Part shown: one piece after another, positions 11,806 through 22,700 of the stretch
How the letters are laid out: each line of letters starts with the position of its first letter
Position numbering within the stretch: position 1 is the stretch's first letter
NCBI GenBank assembly: GCA_004431415.1
Contig: QPMI01000221.1
Span: forward strand, 15,546 to 79,545
DNA from: Cyanophora paradoxa CCMP329
Taxonomy: Eukaryota; Plantae; Glaucophyta
Length of the DNA stretch: 64,000 bases
Direction: 5' to 3'
Translations under genes and position numbers: made by a program
Notes under the pieces: model-generated
Told to the model about the DNA's origin: nothing
The model's input: the letters and a program-made list of their open reading frames with translations, nothing else
Database searches by the model: none

Positions 11806-12895
11806 AGACGGGCATAAGACACCGAAAACCAGCGATCGCTTGGCCAATGAGAAGGCTGTGGACGTCAAGCCCGCGGCGACCGTTAGAACTGAGAACACAG
11901 AAGCGATCGCCGGCCCAGCAGCTCTTTGTTAGAGATCGGATCCGCTGGGTATGGCGCCGAACACAAAGCGATCGCCGAGCAATGAGAAGGCTCATAATTA
12001 AGCGCGCAACGCCGCGCATGAATCGAATTCGCGTCTTCATTCGAATATTTTCATTTGCATTCGTCTTCAAGGCCAACCGCCGGCGGTCCGCCGCTACCGG
12101 CGCGCGGCTATAGCTACCGCCGCGGCGCCGCCTACCGGTACCGCTCTCCGAGGCTCCTGCGACACTCATGCTGCGAGCCTGCGCATGCGCGACTCGGCGA
12201 GTCTCCTTCTAAATCTTGCCGCACGGGCCGCGGCACGGTGCATGCGCAATTGCAAGCTTAAGTTCGTTGCTTCAAGGCTTCAAATCGAGTCTAGATCTTG
12301 CGCACTGGCATATGCATGCGCATCAGTGCGATCCAGTGGCATCACTGGCATGGCCGCCGGGCGCACCGTCATGTGCACGCCGCTGCAAGGCGTCGCGCAA
12401 CCGTCGCCAACCGATCGCGATTCGCGACTCAGGGCCGAGCTCGAGGAAGTCTGCGAGCTTAAGACTGCGTCTTGTGATTTCGCTTGAACTGTAAAACGTG
12501 CCGGCGCCGGCGATCGATATTCAATGATTATCAATTTAAGCCTCAGAATCGAAATAGCAGCGACAAGCTTGACTTTGAAGGGATAGCCAATGCTGATCCG
12601 ATGAAGCAATTGCAAGGAGATAAAAAAAACGAAAAACGAAATGGAGCCAAAGTTTTCTAATTACAATCGAACCTGTTCTTTCGAATCAAATGATTTATGA
12701 TGATTTGCCAATATACCAAATACGCGGGGATTGTTGGAAGTTTCAAGGATGATAATGTACCGCGAGAGGGCACGAGCGGATTAGAGGAGCCGCCTGAACA
12801 TGCAGAAGGGCGGACTGGCTGATCTGGACGGCGCAGTCTCGAGGCCGAGAAGCGGGCAGGGGGAATGGGGGATCAAGGCCAGCGCGGCCGCGGGC

Positions 12896-15800
12896 TCATG
12901 CGTCGAAATCCGTGCGCGCCATCGGCGGCGGAGGCGGCCAGCTGCTGTACCCATCCGGCGGGGAGAAGCGGGGGGACGGGGGCGAGGGGTAGCCGGGGCC
13001 CGGTGCGGGGGCGGGGGCCGGCAGGGCGGGCGGGGAGACGGGGGGCGAGGCGGAGGGGTCCCACTGAGGGGCCGGGGCGGCGAGGCCGAGGGAGCTGGGG
13101 TGCCGCAGGAGGACGACGGGCCCCGAGTACCCCGCCCCGAAGTCCGGGCGGCCCTGGGGCGGCGGCGGCGGCGGCGGCGGCGGCTCGGCCTGGGGCGGGG
13201 GGAGCATAGCGGAGATGGGCGGGAGCACGCCGTAGCCGCCGCCGCCCTCCCGGGGGGAGGCGAGGGGCGTCCCCGGGCCGGGTACGGGGAATAAGGCGTC
13301 CTGGGTTGTACTGGTCGGGGCGGACGGCGGAGGTCGGGGGCGGGCGGGGGGCGGGGCTGGGGGGCCCTGCGGGGCCCCCTGGCGTGGGGCGGGCCTCGAA
13401 GGCGCCGGCCTGGGCGGTGGCGAGGGCGAGGGCGCCCGGGTCCGAGGGCGGCAGGCCGCACGCGTGCTCCAGCGCCGACCGCACCCGCGCATCCAGCTCC
13501 GGCAGCCCCGGCAGCCGCGCCTGCCCCCGCGTCACCAGGCAGGGGGGGGGGGGGGGGGGGGGGGAGGCGAGGGCCCGGGGGAAGGAGGGCCCTGGACTCG
13601 AGAGAGGAGGGACTGGGGACCCGGAAGGCCCCCCCGGCTTCTATCCCCCGTGCTTCTAGCGGGGCACGCCACCCCAGTCTAAAATTTGGGCTGCAGCCGC
13701 TCCGAGCTGCCTCTGGGGCTCCCGCTCGGTTCGGGGGCGGACCTGGCCGAGCTCGCGGACGAGGAAGTAGTTGACGGAGGAGGCCGACTCCCGGTGGAAC
13801 TCCGGCCACTGCTCCTGTGCCCGCCCGCCCCGCCGTGTCGGCGTCGGCCCCCCGCGGTAGGAAGGAAACGAGAGAGGGCACGCGGCCGGCGCACCGCGAG
13901 CGCGCCGCGGCCCGGCGGGGCCAGCATCGCCAGGGACCACCTGCCGCCGCGCGCCGTCGGCGGGGGTACAGGCTCCCGCCGAGCGGGGGGGTACCGCAGC
14001 AGGATGGCGGTGACGTCCCTGGCGTCGGAGCGGCAGGCGACGCGGTAGAGGCCGTCGTACCTGGAGCGCGCCCCTGCCCCGTCGGCGCGGGCCGGCGATG
14101 GGTACGCGCGCACGCGCGCCGGCGCGCGCACCGGGCGGTGACGCGGGAGGGGGAGGGGGAGGAGGGGCCGGCGCGGGGAGAGGCCCCGTAGGCCCCCGAC
14201 TCGTCTGCATCGTAGTCTGCGAGAGAGAGAGGGGGGGATCTTCGGCGGGGGTACAGGCGAGGGCGGGGAGGGGAAGGGCACCGTCGCAGTCGAGGGAGAA
14301 GCGGGCGGGCGGGGCGGGGCCGCGGGCCGAGCCCGGCGAGTCGGCCGCCCAGCCGCTGGGGCCGCCCCCGCCGCCGCAGCTGCTGACCGTCGTGTTGGAG
14401 GGGCATCCGTTCCCGCTGCCGGGGGTGCGTGCTCGAGGGGTACAGGGCCGCGTAGGGCCGGGGGAGGGGCGAGCGCTACCTGCCGACCGAGTCGCGGCGA
14501 CCGCCGGGGTACCCCTGCGACAGGCACCAGGGTGAGAATCGACTCGGCGGGGGTACCCGAAAGGAGGAGGGCCAACGCTCGCCTGGAAGAAAAAGGTGTT
14601 CGATGACTGGGGGGAGGGGGGGAATTCGGAGGGGGCCAGGTGCCGCATGTGTTCCATTGTCGCAAGCTGGAGAGGGGGAAACAGAAGGGAGATCAGGGGC
14701 GGGGGATGTCTCGGAGAGGGGTACGGCACCTTGGAGCTGCGAAAGACTCGGACGGGCTTGCCGGAGGCCAGACTGGTGTCTAGGGCCGGCCCTCCCGATC
14801 TGCGCGTACCCCCGAGATCAGGAGAGGGGGGCGGGGGGGGGAGGGGGGGGGGGGGGGGCGGGCCTGTTGTTCGAGATGTAGAGGACGACGTCGTACCCGT
14901 CCACGTTGCGGGGGTGGAGAGCATGACGGAGGCGGCGCCCTCCTGGCGGCTCCCGGACACGTGCGGCGGGAGCTGGCGCCGGGCACGCGTCAAGATCTGG
15001 ACGGGGGGGGGGGGGGGGTGGAGGAGGAGTGGGCGCGGGGCGGACGCCGCGGGGAGGACCCGAAGTGGTCGTGGAAGCCGCGGGCGCGGACCTCAGCGAC
15101 AGGGAGAACCTGCGGCCCCGCCCCGGCCTCGGTCCGAGGGGCCGGCAGGCCTGCGCGGCCGGGGGCGGGGCCGGGGCCGGGGCCGGGGCCGGGGCGGACC
15201 TCGTTGACGAAGCAGCCGGGGAGTGGGCCGAAGCGGGGCGAGCGCTCCGGGCGGACCCACGCCTCCAGCTCCACGGCGCGCCCCACCTGCCCCCGCCCCC
15301 TCAGGCCCCCCCCCTCGTGGCCCCGGCTCCCCCGTGGCGCCCCGGGTACCTGGGGCGGCTTGGCCCCCTGCCCCCGCGCCTCCTCCATCGCGCGGCGGAG
15401 CGCCCACACTGCGCCCCGCGTCAGGAGGGAGGGCCGGGGTCCCGTGAGGGGCTCTGAGGCGCCACGGGCGGCGGGGCGCAGTAGACGAGCCCTTGGGTGC
15501 AGGAGCGGGCGGCCGGTGACGGGGCAGTCCAAGAGGTGAAGGAGGGGGGGCGGGGCGGGGCGGGGCGGGGCGGGGGCACCGTCGAGCTCGCGGAAGACGA
15601 TGGCGACGCGGCGCTGCCCTCTCGCTCCTCGCCCCCGCCGTCGGCGACGGCACCCGCCGCTCGTGCCTGCCACCGCGCCGCGCCCCGCGTCACCGCCGGC
15701 ACCGCGCCCTCCAGGCTCGGCCCGGAGGGGCCCGCGCACCGCTGCTGCGTCATGCCGGCCATGAGGACCGACGCGTTGCGCCCTGCGCGCGCGCGCGCGT

Positions 15801-18587
15801 TCGCCGCGTGAGGCGCCTCGAGGCGAGTGCGGGGGGCGGGGGCGGGGCGGACGGAGGAGGATGCGGGCGTCGGGGGCGGCGGAGCGGGGCCCGCCCTTCC
15901 TCCGGAACTCCATCCAGCGCCGCCCCGAGAGCGAGACCGAGAGGACCCTGCCCGGGCCGCCGCCCGCGTCGGGGGGGTGGAAGGATCGGGGGCAGGAGGG
16001 CCGGGCGGCCGGACCTGGCGTTCTGGGGGTCGGGAGCGAGCCGCGCGTCGTCGGCGTGCCAGGCCATCTGCCCGCCCCGCCGCCCGGCCACCGTCAGCCG
16101 GCGCACGGGGGCGCGCGGCAGCGCGGGGCACGCGCGCACGTGGTGCTTGCCGTCCATGTACCCCACCACTGCGCCGAGAGCGAGGCGCCAGGGGGGCGGG
16201 GGCGACATCAGGGGGTCGGCGCCTTCGCTCGCGCCCTGGCGCGGGGGCGGGGCGCACGGTCGACGAGGGTCGGGTCGATGCCGAAGAGGGACCTCGCTCG
16301 CCCCACGAGCGGCATCAGCGCCTCCCGCAGCTCCCCCCGCAGCGCCTGCGCCTGCGCGGAAGGGTCAGCCGCAGCGAGGGGGCGGGCCCGAGGGGGACAG
16401 GGGCGGGGGCGGGCGGGCCTGGACCCAGAGGCCGGCGGCGTAGGGGTAGGCGAGGCCTGCGGGGGCGAGTCGGGGGCGGAGCGGGGCGGGAGAGCAGGCG
16501 GGGGGAGGGGCGCGCCCTCGTGCTCGGGCGGACGAGGAAGAGGGCGTGGAGGCGCGGCTCGGGCTCCGGGATGCCGTGCGCCAGCTGCGCCCCCGCGGCG
16601 GCCCCGGGCGGGCGCGAGTCGGCGGCGGGGCGCGGGGCGGGCGCGGGGCGGGGACGGGGCAGGCACCAGGTGGAACTGCTGGAGGTGGGTGATGGCCCGC
16701 TCGCCCGCGCGAGCTCCTGCGGCGAGTCAGCGTGCGGCGCCGGGCGGGGCGGGGCGGGGCGGGCGGACCTCGTCCGGGAAGGCGTTGTAGACGACGCGGG
16801 CCGGCGAGTAGGCGTCGAGGTGGACCGTCACCGACGTCGCCGCCGCCGGGCCCGGCCCTCCCCGCTGCCAGCCAGCGTCACGGCCCGGGCCACGGCGCGC
16901 GCCGGCGCTCGGCCGCGGGGGGGGGGGGGGGGGGGGGGGGAGGAAGCGCAAGGCTGCTCCTAGGGGCACGGATGGATGGGATGGCCGGCGGTGCGCCGAG
17001 CCGGAGGCGCGCTCGGCGGGGAGGAGGCGGGGCGGCTCGGGCGCACCGGCCCGCGGTGCCACCGTGTCGTCGACGGTGAGCACGCCGCCGAACTGCGCGC
17101 GCAGGCGCCCTCTTCGGCTCCACCAGACCGGCGGGCAACCCCGCGGGCGGCGCGGGCGGCGCGGGGCGGGCGGGGCGGCGCGGGGCGGCCGCACCGAGGC
17201 CCGCCTGAGGCAGTGCGCGAGGTAGGCGTCCTGCGTGGCCGCCCCGCGCCGCCCGCCGCTCAGGCCGCCGCGCTCCAGCGCTTGGGCGCAGGGCGCGGCG
17301 CGGGACGCACCCAGAGAGGCCCCGCCAGTCCGACTCGTCGGGCCGCTCCCCGGGGCGAAGCGCCAGGGCGGCGCTCTGCGCGCGGGGCACGCCGGGGCCG
17401 GCCGGTCAGGCCCCGCGCGCGCGCGCCCCGCGACGAATTGCGCCTCGCACCGCGCCCCGGGCGTCGTCGATGACGGCCACCAGAGCGGAGCCAGCCGCCT
17501 CCGCGTGCGGGCCGGCGGCCGGGCCGGGCGCGGCGGGGACGCCGCGGCCGTCCTCGTAGTAATGCCCGTTGGGACCTGCGTTCGCCGGGACGTATCCGCT
17601 TCGCCTGAGGACGGGCGAAGAAACTCGAGTCAGCAGGAGACTCGGGGAGGGAGATTCGATGATCGCGACGACGGGGAGCACATGGGCTGCCTGAACTCGT
17701 CGCTGGGGCGGCCGCGGGGGTCCTCCTCGCCCCCCGGCGCGACCCCCCGGGCGCGCTTGGCGGGCGGGGGCGACTGGTTGTAGGGCGTCGGGCCGCCCCC
17801 GAGGGGCCGCACTTGCGCGTGCGGGCCCCCTGGCCCCTGCCCGTGGCCCGGCCCGTGCCCCGGGTCGAGCTCCAGCGGGGGCCGGGGCGGCCCGTGCCGC
17901 GGGTACCGCGACGACGCCTCCTGGAGGATCTGCGCGGGGGAGCGCGCGCTCGGGCCGCGACTGCCGCCGCTCGGCCGGTGGCGAGCGCGCACGTTTATGG
18001 TCCGCTGGACGCAGTAGGCGCAGGGGCACTCCCTGGTGGCGGGAGGCGGGCCCGGGGCGGAGTCAGCCGCGCGGCGCGTGCCGCTGCGTGGCCAGCGCGC
18101 GAGGGGGCGAGGGGGCGCGGACCCCGTGCAGACGGGGCAGGGCTGGCCCTCTCGGTAGCGGCTGGCGCAGACGGAGCAGAACTGGTGCGCGTGCTTGCGC
18201 GAGGAGCGGCAGCTGTGGAACTTCACGCCCCGCTCGTCCACCTGCCGCCCGCCCGCCCGTCAGACCGCGCCGCAGCGCTAGCCTCCCGCTGGCCATGCCG
18301 TCGCTCAGGACGAAGGCCGTGCAGGCGGACGCGTACTAAGCGTCCGAGAGCGAGCGGCGTAAGGGGTTCTGGGCGGCGCTTCTCGAGCCCACCTTCTTCT
18401 TTCGGCAGCGGTGGCAGCTGAACCAGTTGACGTCAGCCCTGGTCTCCTCGCGGTCGCCGCGGTCCTCTGCATCCGCCGGCGTCGCTCCCGCGAACGGAGG
18501 CGCACCAGCTCCGTACTCCTGGACGAGCCCGCCGCCTTGCCAGTCGTCACCTCCTCCTTCGGCCGCGGGCGCGTATGCGGGTCGCAT
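12896..18587 (-). CDS. zf-4CXXC_R1-like zinc finger + AlkB-family 2OG-Fe(II) dioxygenase + SRA(YDG) fusion protein with Pro-rich tail
   Basis: Intron-rich gene. Zinc finger: FSCHRCRKKK..C..HQFCSVCASRY..CPVCTG|ECPCAYC (18010-18425). AlkB: GYMDGKHH|MAWHADD (16047-16067)..VLSVSL..MEFRRK..VLMAGMTQQR..RVAIVFR (~15590-15610). SRA: RFGPLPGCFVNE|VLPVAEVRARGFH, GAASVML, GKPVRVFRSSK (14731-14763), YDGLYRV (14039-14059). That these form one transcript is inferred. Confidence 0.8.
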
Positions 18588-19245
18588 GGCGCCGGCGCGC
18601 GAGACCCACACGCGAGATCCTGGCCCAGTGGATCTGCTGCGACACTGCGGCAGCAAAACTCATGACACATGGTCCTGGCGCAGTCGCACAGGGCAACTCT
18701 CACCTGGAGACGCGCTCAGATGCTGCAGCGAGTCCTGCAGCGAGTCCTGCACTCCCGCAGGGCGGCAGTCTTCTACTAGGCTATAAGGTCCAATATTAAT
18801 GAGGCTGCGCGCCCACATGGACGTGAGACTCGGGATGAACGTCGAACATTGGGAAGGCGTCAAATATGCACGAACGAGCGCACTGCGGCACTGGAGGACG
18901 ATGCGACGCGGCCCGCGGAGGGCCACGCGTCCGCTGCGCCGGCGCCGGCCCCGCGGGCGGTCCGCGGCCAAAGCTTGACTTTGCTTCGCGTCAGCGGCGT
19001 CACTGAGTCACTGAGTCAAGCGGCCTCAAGCCTCGACGCTGCCTCGTCCAACTTGGGAAGCTTCTTAATTCAAGGCTTGCAAACTTGAAAGCCTTGACTC
19101 AGTGAAGCACTATAGCTAGTACTGCTGCGGCGGCAGTGCGGCCAGCTGCCACGCGTACTACGGAGTCTACGGTACGCGTAGTCGTCGCGTACGACGTCGC
19201 CGAGTCGACCGGTTTAATACCGGTAGGTCCGGTACCGCAGATCGA

Positions 19246-19440
19246 TGTAGGACGGCTTTTTTAACTGTAGTTTTAAATTGCCGTAAATTGCCGAGAGGCC
19301 GAATTCGGCAATTTTATAATTGAGCATCGGCAATGTTGCTGGGGGTAGGGGGTTTCTTAGCCCGCCATAGAGCGAAAGTCTGATTCCGAGTGATTCGGCA
19401 ATCATTGAATTTATCGCCACGGCAATTCCGGTTTTGGGCG
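19246..19440. mobile_element. Degenerate MITE copy, same family as 19740-23977, inverted
   Basis: tgtagga..ttttaaattgccgtaaatt..gccgagaggccgaattcggcaattt..aatttatcgccacggcaattccggttttgg aligns with the reverse complement of 19788-19797 + 23806-23977. Confidence 0.7.
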
Positions 19441-19739
19441 AATTTACTAAGGTATACCGTATATATATACGTCACGGTATAGATCATGTGCCGCAGATGA
19501 TGTGCGCCAAAGTACGTTATATATACGTTACCCAAGCACGAAGTTACTTATAATATATTAATTAAAATACCAGTACCCGGTGACCGTGGATGCGCAATTG
19601 CAAGCTTCAAAGGCTTCGAATTCATGCCATGATGATTATGAATCATGATGAAGCCTACCGTGCACGTAACACTATATTATGACGGTCAAATTTATGTCGA
19701 TATAAAACCCGACCCTTCTCTACTAGGCTATGCGAAATA

Positions 19740-22700
19740 CTGTAGGAATGCTTAAATTGCCGCGTAGTTAAATTGCCGAATTCGACCAAAACCGGAACAA
19801 GATCCGTGCTCCTGCGGAGCACTAAGTACGGCGAAGCCTCGCGGACGCCCTCGCGGCTGTCACAGTAGGAGGCCAGCTGGACCCGGCCCCGCCCAGCTGC
19901 ATGGCCGGGTTTCGCCGGCTTGGCACCGGCCATGGGCTGGCCCGCTTTAGCCAGCTCGAGGGAGAGCTGGCTGGCCAGAGAGCAATGTAATGAGGAGAGG
20001 AATATATAATTAACTAGGGGAGACCGGAGTTGAACCGGTAACGCTTGCTTTTAACTGGTGGAGCAGATTGAGAGGAGATTAACTATATAATATTGTTGGA
20101 GGGAGGCCGCCGGGCCTGGAGGGGCGAGGTTCTCGCGGCCAGGCGCATGCACAGAGCTTGGGAATCGCTTAAACAGAATCTAGAATGCATATAGCATCGA
20201 TGTGCAGGGGTGCGGAGGCAAGGGCACACGGAAAGCTTTGCAGGCCTGGCCAGGATCGAATTTTCGGGTCGGCTGGATTCTCGCGCCCTGTCGCATCTCT
20301 AGAGTTCGCGAAAAGCTTGACAAAGATCTCAAACTACTGTTGTAGGGATGCGCACGCGTGAGGATGCGAGGGCGCGCGGAAAGCTGTGCAGGTCCGTCCA
20401 GGATCGAATTTTCGGCGTCGGCTGGGTCCTCGCGGCCGGCGCATTTAGAGACCGTGCGGAATGCTTTGTCTACATCTCAAATGCTTATGCTATCGTTCCG
20501 CGCATGCGCCGCGGCGTTGGCGCGCGGAAAGCTGTCCAGGTTTGTGCAGGATCGAATTTTTGATGTCCGTACCTTCTTGCGCTATTCCGGCTCCGAAAAG
20601 CAGATTTCGGGGTGCGCAGGCCCTGCTATGTCTATGCGCGCCAGTACGCATCGAATGCGCGCCTCGCGGAACCGGCCGGAACCGGCCGGATCAAATTTTC
20701 GCCTACTGTTCGGACTGGAGCGTTGACGGCGCCCGAAATCGAGCTTGCGTCGATGCGCTCGCCCTCGCCGTCACTCTTTATCGTTCTGGGGCGTCCCTGG
20801 CGCGATTTCGTCGCGGGACCGGGCGGGACCGGGTCCCACCTTCTGACCTGGACTGCATTTGTCGGAGGTTAAGGACCGGATTTGATCCAGAGGGAAATTT
20901 GATATTCGCGCGACGCCCACGGGGAGCGGTCGTCTTAGGGAGCCAGGACGCTAAAAATGGATCTAGAGAGGTGTGTGGGGTTAGGGTAGCTGAGTCATTA
21001 GCGGCAATCGTGACCGTGTCGAGGCAGAATTAATAATTCTGCCTCGAGGAGTGCGACACGGAAATTATTTATCAGGGGGATCTCGAGTGGAAAAAAAGGT
21101 TAAAAAAGGAATTTATATCGCGGTTTTTGGGTTTGAGACAAGATCCGTGCTCCTGCGGAGCACTAAGTACGGCGAAGCCTCGCGACGCCCTCGCGGCTGT
21201 CACAGTAGGCCTATAGGGCACTGGCCAGCGGCCTGGCCGATCGCGAACAGCTTTCTGGTTGGAAGCTGGCCGGCTGACGGCCAGTCCAGCTACCGCTGGC
21301 CGCTAGAGGAATATAACTAGAGGAATATTAATGTACTGAGGAAATAAAGGGAGGCCGGAGCAGGTTGAGATTAGAGGAGATGAATTATATATAATATTGT
21401 TGAGAGGGAGGCCGGGAGGGGCAAGGTTCTCGCGGCCAGGCGCATGCACAGAGCTTGCGAATCGCTTAAACAGAATCTTGAATGCATATAGCTATAGCAT
21501 CGATGTGCGGGGCTGCGGAGCTCGAGGCGAGGGCGCGCGGAAAGATGTGCAGGTCCATGCAGGATCGAATTTTCGGGTCGGCTGGGTCCTCGCGGCCCGT
21601 CGCATACGCAAAGCGTGCGGAAGACTTTGCCTACATCTTAAATGCTTATGCTATCGTTCGCGCATGCGCCGCGGCGTGGGCGCGCGGAAAGATGTCAGGG
21701 CGCGTGCAGGATCGAATTTTGGCCGTCGGGTACCTTCCTGCGCTGTTCCGGCTCCGAAAAGCGGATTTCGGGGTGCGCAGGCCCTGCTATGTCCATGCGC
21801 GCCAGTACGCATCGATTGCGCGCGTCGCGGACCGGGCGGGACCGGCTAGCGCTGGATCAAATTTCGGCCGACTCTTCGCACTGGAGCGTCGACGGCGCTT
21901 GAAATCGAGCTTGCGGCGATGCGCTCGCCCTCGCGCGGCATTCTGTATCGTTCTGGGGCGTCCCTGGCGCGATTTCGTCGCGGGACCGGCGGGACCGGGT
22001 CCACCTTCTGACTCGGACTGCATTTGTCGGAGGTTAAGTACCGGAATTGATCCAGAGGGAAATTCGATTTTCGCGCGACGCCCACGGGCGAGCGGTCGTC
22101 TTAGGGGAGCCACGACGCTAAAAATGGATCTAGAGAGGTCTGTGGGGGTTAGGGTAGCTGAGTCATTAGCGGCAATCGCGTCCGTGTCGAGGCAGAATTA
22201 ATAATTCGTCCTCGAGGGAGTGCGACGCGGAAATTATTTAGCAGGGGGATCTTGAGTGGAAAAAAAGGTTAAAAAAGGAATTTATATCGGCGGTTTTTGG
22301 TTTGAGACAAGATCCGTGCTCCTGCGGAGCACTAAGTACGGCGAAGCCTCGCGGACGCCCTCGCGGCTGTCACAGTAGGAGGCCAGCTGGACCCGCCCCG
22401 CCCAGCTGCATGGCCGGGTTTCGCCGGCTTGGCACCGGCCATGGGCTGGCCCGCTTTAGCCAGCTCGAGGGAGAGCTGGCTGGCCAGAGAGCAATGTAAT
22501 GAGGAGAGGGAATATATAATTAACTAGGGGAGACCGGAGTTGAACCGGTAACGCTTGCTTTTAACTGGTGGAGCAGATTGAGAGGAGATTAACTATATAA
22601 TATTGTTGGGAGGGAGGCCGCCGGGCCTGGGAGGGGCGAGGTTCTCGCGGCCAGGCGCATGCACAGAGCTTGGGAATCGCTTAAACAGAATCTAGAATGC

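Noticed and set aside
15195-15235. GCFVNE as a SET-domain motif
   Set aside because: The context RFGPLPGCFVNEVLP..GFH fits the start of an SRA domain.
3267-18587. Frameshifts in the YR and zf-AlkB-SRA genes as pseudogenisation or programmed frameshifting
   Set aside because: They mostly fall in G/C homopolymers, and the essential V-ATPase a gene shows the same breaks, so sequencing error is more likely.
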